Origin: an uncultured Chloroflexia bacterium
Lineage (GTDB): Bacteria > Chloroflexota > Anaerolineae > JAAYZQ01
Direction of reading: 5' to 3'
Length of the DNA: 64,000 nt
Assembly: GCA_963700285.1 (NCBI GenBank)
Contig: CAVOXA010000001.1
Location: 544,001 to 608,000, forward strand
In this document: one piece after another, positions 42,020 to 51,786 of the stretch
How the letters are laid out: each line of letters starts with the position of its first letter
How positions within the stretch are numbered: position 1 is the stretch's first letter
Program-made: the position numbers and the translations under genes
The notes under the pieces: generated by a model
The model's input: only the letters and a program-made list of their open reading frames with translations
What the model was told of the DNA's origin: nothing
The model's database searches: none

Positions 42020-43861
42020 ATGACCTTGGACATGTGGCTGGCCCTGGCCATCCTGGCCGTGGCCTTACTTTTGTTCACAACCGACTGGGTGCGTATCGAC
42101 GTGGTCGCTCTGGGCGTGGTCGTTGCCCTGATGCTTACCGGGTTGCTGACGATCCAGGAGGCTCTCTCTGGTTTTTCCAATCCGGTAGTCCTGATCGTCG
42201 CCGCCCTGTTCGTCGTCGGTGGCGCGGTGATGAATACCGGCCTGGCAGGCCAGCTCGGACGGCGCATCCTGGCCATAGCGGGGGCCAATCCGGTCCGCCT
42301 CACTGTTGTCATCATGGGGGTGGTGGCCCTTCTCTCAGGTTTCATGAGCGATGCTGCTGTCGTGGCAGCCTTTCTGCCGGCCATCATCATCCTGACCTCG
42401 AGCGCCGGGATCAGCCCCTCAAAGCTGCTGATCCCTCTCGCCTTCAGCTCCTTGCTGGGTGGCGCCCTGACCCTGGTCGGCACGCCCCCAAATCTGATCG
42501 TCAGCGATCTCCTGCGCGAGGCGGGACTGACGCCCTTTGGCTTTTTTGACTACACGCCCATTGGGCTGATCCTTCTGGTTGCCGGCATCCTGTTCATGGT
42601 TTTCTTCGGCCGCCATCTCCTTCCTGATCGCAAGCCACCGCAGGACCTGCAGTGGGTAGAGACGCCAGAGGATCTGATGGCCCGTTATCGCTTGCCCGAT
42701 GACCTGTACCGGCTGCGCGTGCGGCAGGGTTCCAGTCTACTCGGCCAGACCGTCGCAGAATCAGGGCTGGGCCAGCGTTTCCGGGTTTCGGTGCTGGAGC
42801 TTTTACGCCCGCTGCAGCCGAGGCGCCTGCCGCAGGTGGGCGGATTACACCATGTCTCGCTGGAAGGGGCGCGGCTGGCGGCCGACGATGTACTGGTGGT
42901 CCAGGGTGACGGGAGTGACGTGAGCCACGCGGTTGCCGTCTTGAACCTCGGGCTCCAACCTGCAGAGGCGGACGCTGAACACTCTCTCATCACTGACGAG
43001 GCCGGCATCGCCGAAGTCCTGCTGCCTGCGCGATCCTCACTTCTGGGCAAGACTGTGGTGGACGTGAGGTTTGGCTCGGTATACGAGTTGACCGTGTTGG
43101 GAATCAACCGGCCTGGCGCCGGAGGCAAGCTGAACGTCAAGCGGACCGTGCTTGGTTTTGGTGATGTGCTTCTCGTCCAGGGCCCCTGGCAGAGCATTCT
43201 GGCCTTGCGAAAGAATCGCCGCGACTTTGTGGTGATGGGTGAGCCAGAGGCCATGGCCGGTGCGCCAGCGCGCCACAAGGCGCGGATTGCCCTGCTGATC
43301 CTGGCCGGAATGCTGATCTTGCTGGTGACTAACGCCGTACCCACGGTTGTGGCTTGCCTGGTCGCCGCCCTCGCTGCTGTCGTGTCCGGGTGCCTGACGA
43401 TGGACGAAGCCTACCAGGCCGTGGATTGGAAGAGCATCGTCCTGATCGCCTGCATGCTGCCCATGAGTATTGCCCTGGAAAAAGTGGGACTGGTCCAGTT
43501 GGTGGCCGATGCCATGGTAGACTCCCTGGGACTGTGGGGGCCCATGGCTGTGCTTGCTGGTCTGTTTCTGCTTACTTCTGTCTTTACTCAGGTCCTGTCC
43601 AATACGGCGACCACCGTCCTGGTCGCACCCATTGCTCTGACAGCGGCTCAGGAGTTGGGTGTTGCCCCCTACGCCTATATGATGGGCGTTGCGGTCGCTG
43701 CGTCGATGGCTTTTGCTTCGCCGGTGGCCTCGCCGGTGAACACTCTCGTGATGGGGGCGGGGAATTACCGCTTTGGCGACTATGTGAAGGTTGGTATCCC
43801 ATTGCTGGTGATTGCCCTGGTCGTGAGCGTTCTTTGTCTCCCGCTGTTGTGGCCGTTCTAG
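42020..43861 (+). CDS. SLC13/CitMHS-family permease with TrkA-C domains
   Basis: SGFSNP, LLSGFMS, LGGALTLVGTPPNL, two TrkA-C domains, SNTAT, SPVN.LVMG.GNYRFGDY. Confidence 0.92.
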   Translation: MTLDMWLALAILAVALLLFTTDWVRIDVVALGVVVALMLTGLLTIQEALSGFSNPVVLIVAALFVVGGAVMNTGLAGQLGRRILAIAGANPVRLTVVIMGVVALLSGFMSDAAVVAAFLPAIIILTSSAGISPSKLLIPLAFSSLLGGALTLVGTPPNLIVSDLLREAGLTPFGFFDYTPIGLILLVAGILFMVFFGRHLLPDRKPPQDLQWVETPEDLMARYRLPDDLYRLRVRQGSSLLGQTVAESGLGQRFRVSVLELLRPLQPRRLPQVGGLHHVSLEGARLAADDVLVVQGDGSDVSHAVAVLNLGLQPAEADAEHSLITDEAGIAEVLLPARSSLLGKTVVDVRFGSVYELTVLGINRPGAGGKLNVKRTVLGFGDVLLVQGPWQSILALRKNRRDFVVMGEPEAMAGAPARHKARIALLILAGMLILLVTNAVPTVVACLVAALAAVVSGCLTMDEAYQAVDWKSIVLIACMLPMSIALEKVGLVQLVADAMVDSLGLWGPMAVLAGLFLLTSVFTQVLSNTATTVLVAPIALTAAQELGVAPYAYMMGVAVAASMAFASPVASPVNTLVMGAGNYRFGDYVKVGIPLLVIALVVSVLCLPLLWPF

Positions 43862-43884
43862 GAGGATGATAGCCGACGGACGAT

Positions 43885-44748
43885 GTGCAATGGATGACAG
43901 TTGAGGGACGGAGCATGGTTCATCTTGACCCAGATCAGCCGCTAAACACGGTACCATTCGCCATCTTTGATGTCGAGACCACCGGTCTGAGTCCGGCCTA
44001 TGGCCACCGCGTCTGCGAGATAGCCTGCTTGCGCCTGCTGGATGGCGTACAAGCCGGCCAGTTCGAGTCGCTGGTGGACCCAGGGCGGCCGATCTCTTCG
44101 GGGGCCTTCCGAGTCAACCGCATATCGGCTGACATGCTCCTCGATGCTCCGACCTTCGATCAAGTGGCCGAACACCTGCTGTTGCTGATGGACGGCGCCG
44201 TGCTTGTGGCGCACAATGCTCCCTTTGACCTGGGCTTCTTGGCCGCCGAACTGGAGCGTGCCCGATTGCTGCCGCCGGAAGGACCGGTCGTGGATACCCT
44301 GGTCCTGGCCCGCCGGGCCTACAGCTTTGCCCGGAATGGCCTGCAGGCCGTGGCCAGCGCGCTGGACGTGGAGACCGATCCCGCCCACCGGGCCATGGGC
44401 GATGTCTGGACCACCTGCCGGGTCCTGGAACGGATCCTGTACGATCTGGATCGTCGCTGGGGGGTGACGACCCTGGGCGGGCTCGTCGATTTCCAGGGCG
44501 ATCCCATCCTTTACCCTCTGCCTCACATCCTTCCCCTGCCGCCAGCCATTGCCGAAGCACTGGAGAGCCAAGGGCAGGTGCGGATGCGCTACGTGGACGC
44601 CCGTGGCCAGGAGACCGAGCGCGCAGTGCGCCCCCTGCGCGTCCACGCGCGACGGGGCCACCTGTACCTGCTGGCCCACTGCTACCAGGCCGGCGAATTG
44701 CGGACCTTTCGATTGGACCGCGTCGTGGAGATGGTGCTAGAAGACTGA
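43885..44748 (+). CDS. DnaQ-like DEDDh 3'-5' exonuclease fused to a WYL domain
   Basis: FDVETTG, VAHNAPFD, HRAMGD; C-terminal Y.DARG..TER.VRP...YLLAHC....RTFRLDRV. Confidence 0.88.
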   Translation: MQWMTVEGRSMVHLDPDQPLNTVPFAIFDVETTGLSPAYGHRVCEIACLRLLDGVQAGQFESLVDPGRPISSGAFRVNRISADMLLDAPTFDQVAEHLLLLMDGAVLVAHNAPFDLGFLAAELERARLLPPEGPVVDTLVLARRAYSFARNGLQAVASALDVETDPAHRAMGDVWTTCRVLERILYDLDRRWGVTTLGGLVDFQGDPILYPLPHILPLPPAIAEALESQGQVRMRYVDARGQETERAVRPLRVHARRGHLYLLAHCYQAGELRTFRLDRVVEMVLED

Positions 44749-44801
44749 GCCAGCGAACAACAAAGCCGCCGGGATTCTCACCCGGCGGCCGTGACCCCAG
44801 G

Positions 44802-44874
44802 CGCGCCTGGAGGGACTCGAACCCCCAACCTACTGATTCGAAGTCAGGCGCTCTATCCATTGAGCTACAGGCGC
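44802..44874 (-). tRNA. tRNA-Arg(TCG)
   Basis: Cloverleaf GCGCCTG...CTGACT-TCG-AATCAG...GGTTCGAGTCC...CAGGCGC; CCA not encoded. Confidence 0.95.
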
Positions 44875-45031
44875 AAAAGCCTTTTGGGCCAGACCCGAGT
44901 ATACCACAAGTGGCACCAGAAACAAAATATATAAGCGAATCTGGAGGATGCGCCCTGGAGGGTCGCAGTGCTCCGGAACCGTCTCAGGCTTGCCGCGTGC
45001 GTGCAGGCGCAGCATTGGAGATTGGCCGCTG

Positions 45032-45823
45032 TCATCGGCTCTCCAGATCTGTGTGAAATCGATCTGTGATGAACATGTGGCCTGGCGCGTGGGTGATCAT
45101 CCTGGGAACCCGGCTGGCCTGGGCCACAGCTTGGGTTGTGACCCCACAGGCCCAAAAGACGGGAACCTCACCGGGATACACGGGCACTGCATCGCCATAG
45201 TCGGGCTGGTTCAAGTCTTGAATCCCCAATCCGGCGGCGTCTCCGATGTGAACCGGTGCTCCGTGGGCACGTGGGTAGCGGGATGTGATTTGAGCTGCGA
45301 GTTCCACCGATGAGTCTGGGATGGGCCGCATGGAAACTACCAGTGGCCCCTGAAAGATGCCAGCGCGCAGGCATTGCCTATTTGTGCGGTACATGGGCAC
45401 GTTGCACCCATGCTCCAAGTGGCGTACCGGCAGACCGGCGGATACCAGTGCCTGTTCAAAGGTGAAACTACAGCCTAGAAGAAAGGCCACTGAATCCTCG
45501 TTCCAGTGGCTGTCGATGTCGCTCAGCTCGTCCACTGCCTCGCCCTGCTCGTACACACGGTATCGGGGCAAATCCGTGCGCAGATCGGCCCCCTGGGCCC
45601 ACGCTGGGCTGGGATAAGGGCAGCCTGTTGCAGTCACATCGAGGACCGGACATGGTTTGGGGTTCTGGTTGCAAAAGCTGGCAAAGTCCGAGGCATAGAC
45701 TTGGGGCAGGATCACGAGGTTGGCCTGGACATAGCCCGGGGCCAAGGCGGCTGTTGGACGCTGCCATTCACCAGAGCGGATGGCTTGACGTGCTGCGGTA
45801 CCAGTTGCCAAACTCACGTTCAT
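45032..45823 (-). CDS. putative hydro-lyase (DUF1445 / D-glutamate cyclase-like)
   Basis: GYVQANL, FCNQNPKPCP, DLRTDLPRY, GCSFTFE, VFWACGVT, THAPGHMF. Confidence 0.9.
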   Translation of the reverse strand: MNVSLATGTAARQAIRSGEWQRPTAALAPGYVQANLVILPQVYASDFASFCNQNPKPCPVLDVTATGCPYPSPAWAQGADLRTDLPRYRVYEQGEAVDELSDIDSHWNEDSVAFLLGCSFTFEQALVSAGLPVRHLEHGCNVPMYRTNRQCLRAGIFQGPLVVSMRPIPDSSVELAAQITSRYPRAHGAPVHIGDAAGLGIQDLNQPDYGDAVPVYPGEVPVFWACGVTTQAVAQASRVPRMITHAPGHMFITDRFHTDLESR

Positions 45824-46124
45824 GATCGGGGGTCGCCTCCGGAAAATCTATCCACAGACAGAACGTTACCTGGCCAAACAGCCGACCTGGGATCTGAAAG
45901 CAACCAAGGTGGTGTCCAGGTACCCGCATTATACGTGCATGATCATTCCAGTGCAAGCAGGCAATTGCGTCACGCGCTCTGGAATGCTCGCCAGGTAGGG
46001 AATTTGCTGTGCGGCCTGTACGCTCCAACCCAGATGAGCGCTCTTGTCATAGGCTAGATTATCTAGTAGAATAGACACAAGTTCGACCGTTCCATTCAGA
46101 ACACTTTTTCACTGGCAGCGCAGT

Positions 46125-47381
46125 ATGTCGCAAAGCTATGAGCTGATGGCAAAACGGATCGTGGCGGAGGCCCACCGGCTGGGCTTTGACTTGGTGGGCA
46201 TCGTACCGGCTGAGCCGCCCACTACTTTCGGCCGCTACCAGGCTTGGCTGGAACAGGATTACCATGGCGGGATGGCCTACCTGGCCCGGCCGGACGCGGT
46301 GGCCAAGCGGGCGGATCTGGCTGCTGTCCTACCTGGCGTTCGCTCGGCGCTGGTGGTGGGCGCCAACCATCATAGTTATCCCCTGCCCTCTGCGCTGCGT
46401 GACGAGCCTGCTCGCGGCATCATCGCCAGCTATGCCTGGGGCGATGACTATCACGACGTGCTGCTTCCGCGACTGCGCCAGTTGGCGGCTTTTGTGGAAA
46501 CCGAGACGGGCCGGTCAGTGGCCCACCGTGCCTACGTCGATACCGGCCCCGTCCTGGAGCGAGACCTGGCTGCCCGGGCCGGGCTGGGCTTTGTGGGCAA
46601 GAATACCAATCTCATCCATCCTCGATTGGGTTCGTGGCTGATCCTGGCTGAACTGCTGCTTGCCACGGAGATCCGGCCCATCACCTCTGTTCGGCAAAGT
46701 CTCCCGACCGCCGCCGAGCGGGGCTCGATCAGAGACCTCGCCCGACACGCAGGGATCCAGGATCTTGGAACCCAAGAACTCCCGCGACGTGCAGAATGCC
46801 AACCTCCCAAGCGGGGAACCTGCGGCGGTTGTACCCGCTGCCTGGATGCCTGTCCCACTGGCGCGCTCGTCGCTCCTTATCTGCTCGACGCCCGGCGCTG
46901 TATCTCCTACCTGACCATCGAGTTGAGAGGCCCCATTCCCATCGAGTTTCGTCCGCAGATTGGCAATCGTATTTTTGGCTGCGACATCTGCCAGGAGGTC
47001 TGCCCCTGGAACCGGCGTTTCGCGCACCCTACAACGGAGCTGGCCTTCCAGCCCAGGCCCGATGCTATCGCGCCCCTTCTGCTCGATCTCATGGACCTGG
47101 ACGACGAGGGTTTCCGGAGGCGCTTTCGCGGCTGCCCGTTGGTGCGGGCCAAGCGGCGCGGTCTGCTGCGCAACGTGGCCGTGGCCCTGGGCAACTGGGG
47201 GGATCCTGCCGCTGTACCGGCCTTGGCTCGTGCCTTGCATGATCCCGAGCCACTGGTCCGAGGGCACGCGGCCTGGGCCCTGGGTCGTGCTGCCACTGAT
47301 CAGGCTCGGCAGGCCCTGGCGCAAGCCCTGAGCACCGAGACCGACGGCTGGGTGCGAGAGGAACTATCGTTTGTCCTCTAG
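46125..47381 (+). CDS. queG: tRNA epoxyqueuosine(34) reductase
   Basis: YAWGDDYH, VDTGPVLER, GLGFVGKN, CGGCTRCLDACPT, CISYLTIE, GCDICQEVCPWN, HEAT repeats. Confidence 0.93.
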   Translation: MSQSYELMAKRIVAEAHRLGFDLVGIVPAEPPTTFGRYQAWLEQDYHGGMAYLARPDAVAKRADLAAVLPGVRSALVVGANHHSYPLPSALRDEPARGIIASYAWGDDYHDVLLPRLRQLAAFVETETGRSVAHRAYVDTGPVLERDLAARAGLGFVGKNTNLIHPRLGSWLILAELLLATEIRPITSVRQSLPTAAERGSIRDLARHAGIQDLGTQELPRRAECQPPKRGTCGGCTRCLDACPTGALVAPYLLDARRCISYLTIELRGPIPIEFRPQIGNRIFGCDICQEVCPWNRRFAHPTTELAFQPRPDAIAPLLLDLMDLDDEGFRRRFRGCPLVRAKRRGLLRNVAVALGNWGDPAAVPALARALHDPEPLVRGHAAWALGRAATDQARQALAQALSTETDGWVREELSFVL

Positions 47382-47424
47382 GCTGTTGCTCTCTCCACTC
47401 CGTGGCCCCGTGGCTCTGTGTGTC

Positions 47425-48117
47425 TCAATCCTCCATCCATGCGTTGCCCGTGTAGCTACATACACCGACCCGTGGTGAATTGACAATGGGCAGCAACCCT
47501 TCCCCGTACCCTTCCGACTCGTCGCACTTTTCACAGAGGAGAGCATAGTCCTCAAAGACGTCGATGTAGATGGCTGGCTTGCCACAGTGGTCGCACGGAT
47601 ACTCGGGTGGCTCATTTCGCGCCAGGATCTGGATGGGATCGCCTGGCTCGGCCACCCCAATGCGCTCGGAGACGACTCTCAGGGCCAGATGGGTTGTGGA
47701 CCCAAAATCGTACTCGTGGGAAAACTTGATGTCTGGCCAAAGGACCTCGCTCAGCGTGATATCCATGTCCCGGTCCATTCCCCAGCCGTCAGTAAAGACC
47801 TGGACCATGTAGTTCTGTTCCTGGATTCTGAACATGCTCAGGTGCCCGCAGCACTCCAGCCAGATGTCACGGAGAAACTGATCCAGTTCATACAAAGTGC
47901 TATTGTCCGGAACCTCCAGGTTCAACCAGTACTCTGTGGCGTACGTCCCTGCCACCGCAAGATGGAAGAGCCGTGTCTTCCGCGCATTTCTACTGTTTTC
48001 TGAAGCGATGGCTGCTTTGCGCGCTGGGCATGCCTGTAGGTGGCGGGACATCCCTGATTTGGCATAGGACCTTGTACAGAAAGTGCAAACTCCACGGGAC
48101 ATAGGACTCCTGGTCAT
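47425..48117 (-). CDS. conserved protein with pRiA4b ORF-3-like domain and Zn-ribbon motifs
   Basis: CTFC...HL.AC; LD.FLRDIWLECCGHLS.F; YDFGSTT; VNSPRVGVC.Y. Confidence 0.75.
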   Translation of the reverse strand: MTRSPMSRGVCTFCTRSYAKSGMSRHLQACPARKAAIASENSRNARKTRLFHLAVAGTYATEYWLNLEVPDNSTLYELDQFLRDIWLECCGHLSMFRIQEQNYMVQVFTDGWGMDRDMDITLSEVLWPDIKFSHEYDFGSTTHLALRVVSERIGVAEPGDPIQILARNEPPEYPCDHCGKPAIYIDVFEDYALLCEKCDESEGYGEGLLPIVNSPRVGVCSYTGNAWMED

Positions 48118-48218
48118 GGCAGTCCTCCTTTCCTCTTTCGTCTTTGACTGCTAGAACTCTGACTGTTTCTCCAAATCTTTCAATAACTCACAATGACTGG
48201 GGCTCGGTTCTGTCCAGA

Positions 48219-49910
48219 TCATCTTTGTACAATTGGCACATAGATCACGTGATTCGCCGCACTGTCCTCCGCCGGCAGCGATCCAGTACGTCGGTAGTTC
48301 CCCCTTCCGGTTCCCCACAGGACGCGCGCCTTCGCGGTGCCAGGAAAGTCGTAGGCGACAAAGCCGGAATGAGCCGTGTTCAGCACCAATTCCAGGTCAG
48401 CATCCGAGTCCAAGTTGGCAAGGGTCGGGGCGGCGAGCGCACCATTCCAATCGGCTGCCTGTACCGGGCTTGACGAAAGCCCGCTGAAAGCAGGTGGTAG
48501 CTCTACTTCGTGCAGTACAGAACCCAGGTGATTGAGAATGTACAGCTTTCCGGTTCGGTTGGTGCCCTTTTGTACCCAGGAGGCGAATATGACTTCGGCC
48601 TGACCGTCATCGTCCAGGTCGGCGACGACCGGCTCCGAGGCAAAGCGATAGAAACCCTCGCCGGCGTCATAGACCGAATAGGGCCAGTTTCCGTGCTCCA
48701 TCTTGTCCAGCCAAAAGGCGTGGACGCGGCCATCGTAGGATGGGTAGAGGATCTCTTTCTCTCCATCGCCATCTAGGTCGGCCACGGCCGGGTTGGGCTG
48801 GTTATTCTCAATGACGCCATAGGCTTCGGACAAGGGAGCGCCCGTGTCGGTGGGCGGATTCTGCCAGTCGTAGCCATCAGTCTTGAAGCGACTACGGTCA
48901 GGATTGAACAGGTACAGGCCGTTGTACTGGGATGGGTAACCGGGGATACAGTCGTAGACGTTGCCGACGGCGGCAACCTCCATCGTACCATCGCCGTTCA
49001 AGTCAGCGATGGCGGCGGGGCCATGGGCAAAGTTGGCCCTGTACCGCTCTTCCCTTCCATCACTAGCGCTGCACGTGCCCCAGCCCCGTACCTCGATGGC
49101 GAGGCTTTCCCACACGCCTACTTTCCCCCAGCCCACACCGCCATACATCGTGTGGGCTGGGATCTGTATGCCATTGGCCTCGTAGGCGCAGATATAGTGC
49201 ACGTCGGACGGTATTACGATCTCGGCTTCCCCGTCGCCATCGAGGTCGCCGACAGCGGCATTGCTGTTAAACACGCCGTGAGCGTAGCCACTGTCGCTGC
49301 CCAACTGGGGCCAGCCCTGGCGCAGCCCGCCGTCATGATTGTAGACCCAAGTATTGACCTTGTCGTGCGTGGCGCCGGTCACAATGATCTCCAACTCGCC
49401 ACCATTGCCCCCGAGATCATCGATGGCCAGCCCCCTCAGCTCCCGTTCTGTGGGTCTCTGGGGCCAGCCAGGCTCAAAATAGCCGTCATGGTCATAGACC
49501 GAGACGTGGCCGCTGCCATGGGCTGTGACGATCTCCAAGTCGCCGTTGCCGTCCAGGTCGGCGACGGCGATGCCCGGCCAGGTACGGCCCGCGCTGCTGG
49601 CAGCGGGTTGGCTGCGGTCGTAGCCCGAGGCCACCCGCCATTCCAGGGTACCTGTCGGTCCGTCGAGGACGACGATCGAATATGCCGAGGCGATCACTTC
49701 CATTGCGCCATCGCCATCCAGATCGGCTACGGCCGGCGAACTGTACCAGCCGGTCTCGCACCAGGAGGCGTAGCAGCCCCCGTGCTGCCACTTGAGCACC
49801 GGTGCGGGGATGGTCCCCGGGGACGACGCCTGCGCGATCTGTGCCGTTTCGGCTCCAGCCCATGGTACAAACAACATGACCAGGACCATCAGGATTGGCA
49901 TCGCCTTCAT
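48219..49910 (-). CDS. secreted FG-GAP/VCBS-repeat protein
   Basis: Signal peptide; repeated PAVADLDGDG..E motifs; C-terminal 'VIYVPIVQR'. Confidence 0.88.
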   Translation of the reverse strand: MKAMPILMVLVMLFVPWAGAETAQIAQASSPGTIPAPVLKWQHGGCYASWCETGWYSSPAVADLDGDGAMEVIASAYSIVVLDGPTGTLEWRVASGYDRSQPAASSAGRTWPGIAVADLDGNGDLEIVTAHGSGHVSVYDHDGYFEPGWPQRPTERELRGLAIDDLGGNGGELEIIVTGATHDKVNTWVYNHDGGLRQGWPQLGSDSGYAHGVFNSNAAVGDLDGDGEAEIVIPSDVHYICAYEANGIQIPAHTMYGGVGWGKVGVWESLAIEVRGWGTCSASDGREERYRANFAHGPAAIADLNGDGTMEVAAVGNVYDCIPGYPSQYNGLYLFNPDRSRFKTDGYDWQNPPTDTGAPLSEAYGVIENNQPNPAVADLDGDGEKEILYPSYDGRVHAFWLDKMEHGNWPYSVYDAGEGFYRFASEPVVADLDDDGQAEVIFASWVQKGTNRTGKLYILNHLGSVLHEVELPPAFSGLSSSPVQAADWNGALAAPTLANLDSDADLELVLNTAHSGFVAYDFPGTAKARVLWGTGRGNYRRTGSLPAEDSAANHVIYVPIVQR

Positions 49911-49912
49911 CT

Positions 49913-51190
49913 CTACTTGACCTCCTCTGCAGCCAGGGGCAGGAGCAGACGCCATGAGAGCCCGGACGAATCATACTCGTCTGCCCCGATGTCCGATGCC
50001 GGGCCAAAGGGCCTTTCATCCCCGTCATAGTCGTCAGCTACGTTGGCCAGGGGATCTGTCTGGTCAATGATTTCGCTGGCTGTGGGTCGCAGGTGCAGGT
50101 CACCACCAGCGGGATCGATGAACCAGTCCGCCTGGGCGTTTGTCTCATTCTCGCGCACGGTGCTTTGAGCGCCATCCCGGTTGGCCCAGATGCGCATATT
50201 GGTCAAGTTGTAGGCAAAAGTCCCCGCGCTGTCAGGGAACCGGGCCTCCATGCCCCAGGTTAAGCCTGGCGATGGATTGAGCAAGAGAGCGGTGTTGTGG
50301 GCGACCACCCAGCCTCGGGCGTGGACCATGTCGAGTACGGTATCGTGGGGCAGGCTGGCATAGATCATGTTGTTGCGCACAATCCCGCCGCTGTGATCCC
50401 CACTGCCGTGGCTGGCGTTCCCAAAGGCGATGCCCTGGTAGCAGTCGACGAGCAGGTTTCGCTCGACTACAGTATCTGAGGAACCGGACCAGAAGAGGAT
50501 GGTCGGGATGGGGGCATTGCCCGGCGTCCGGATGCGGTACCATTGGTTGTCGCGCACGATCCAGCGGTGCGCCTGGTGAGCACTGATGCCGTTGGTGTAT
50601 TCGTCAGGCGCCGAGGTGGTGTATTCCAGGCGTGAGCAGGCCAATAGCCCGTCCTCACTGCCATTGCCCGCCGGGTTCACCTTGACGAGCTGGTCGCCAG
50701 TATCGAGGACATGAAGGTTGTACAGAACCGGCCGGTCAGCGCCCTGTATGGAAACGCCATGGTCCCGAGCGTTGCGGATGGTGAGATCGGCGATTGTCAC
50801 ATCGCTGGCCGAGACCAGGATGCCGAAACGTCCCGAGTCCATGCCGCCAAAATCCAGTACGACTTCGCCCCGCTTCCCGGACGCGCCGCGCAAAGTGATC
50901 CCGTTGTTCACAAAGTGAACATAATCGGTCATCGCATAGGTACCTGCCATGACCAGGATCGTTGTGCCTGGTGCTGCGTAGAGCGTCTGGTGGCGCAATG
51001 CCTCCTCAGTCGAGACGCTGATCGTGGGCGCTTCAGGTGGCGGCAGGGGCGGGCAACGAATCGCAGAGGGTCCCTGTACCAGTGGCGGGGCCGTTGCTTG
51101 CAGCGACGAGGCCGGTGGTCGTAGCAAGACACAAAGAATCAGCGCCAGAAAGCTCACGACCAGCCGGCGCAGCCTTGCCGCATCTGGCAT
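49913..51190 (-). CDS. secreted right-handed beta-helix (pectin-lyase-like) protein
   Basis: Signal peptide; PGTTILV..GTY, ITLRG, parallel beta-helix repeats; D.DG..RP.G..SDIGADE. Confidence 0.82.
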   Translation of the reverse strand: MPDAARLRRLVVSFLALILCVLLRPPASSLQATAPPLVQGPSAIRCPPLPPPEAPTISVSTEEALRHQTLYAAPGTTILVMAGTYAMTDYVHFVNNGITLRGASGKRGEVVLDFGGMDSGRFGILVSASDVTIADLTIRNARDHGVSIQGADRPVLYNLHVLDTGDQLVKVNPAGNGSEDGLLACSRLEYTTSAPDEYTNGISAHQAHRWIVRDNQWYRIRTPGNAPIPTILFWSGSSDTVVERNLLVDCYQGIAFGNASHGSGDHSGGIVRNNMIYASLPHDTVLDMVHARGWVVAHNTALLLNPSPGLTWGMEARFPDSAGTFAYNLTNMRIWANRDGAQSTVRENETNAQADWFIDPAGGDLHLRPTASEIIDQTDPLANVADDYDGDERPFGPASDIGADEYDSSGLSWRLLLPLAAEEVK

Positions 51191-51327
51191 GGCTTCATCT
51201 CCTTTCAGGGCCCGACCATCATACCACCAAATGCAGTGTGCGTCAATCGTCAGGATGTGGTATAATGCCGCCCACCTGTAATCAGGCTGACTGTCTTGTA
51301 CAGTGGCCGGCTCAGAAGGAGGAGACT

Positions 51328-51786
51328 ATGACCGTTGAAAAAATCCTGCGCGAAGCGATTCAGGGCGAGATTGAGGCGCACCTGCTATACACCGAGGCCG
51401 CAGACATGGTACAGGAAGATTACGTCAAGCAGACCTTGCGGGAATTAGCACAGGAGGAGCAGGGGCACAGGTTTGCCCTGGAAAGAATGCTGGTCAACCC
51501 CGACCAGATCAGCTATAGCGTGCGCAAACTTCAGGAGGAAACGGTCGAGGACTATCAGATCGGTGACCACCTGGTCGCCCAGCCCCTGGGACCCAATTCG
51601 ACCTTCCAGGACGTCTGCATCTTTGCCTCAAAGAAGGAGCAGCAGTCCTACGAGCTCTACCGGGACATGGCGGCGCAGAATGAGGGCGAGCTGAGTGAAC
51701 TGCTGGAGGCCATGGCCAAAGACGAGCTACGCCACAAGAACCTGGTGGAGGGCTGGTACGAGGAAGTTGTTTACCAGGAGTTCTAG
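51328..51786 (+). CDS. rubrerythrin/ferritin-like protein
   Basis: AI..E.EA..LY...LA.EE..H repeated twice; RBS AGGAGG. Confidence 0.88.
   Translation: MTVEKILREAIQGEIEAHLLYTEAADMVQEDYVKQTLRELAQEEQGHRFALERMLVNPDQISYSVRKLQEETVEDYQIGDHLVAQPLGPNSTFQDVCIFASKKEQQSYELYRDMAAQNEGELSELLEAMAKDELRHKNLVEGWYEEVVYQEF

Noticed and set aside
44802-44874. tRNA-Arg as the integration site of the respiratory island
   Set aside because: No integrase in the window, and I found no duplicated tRNA 3' end at the other side.
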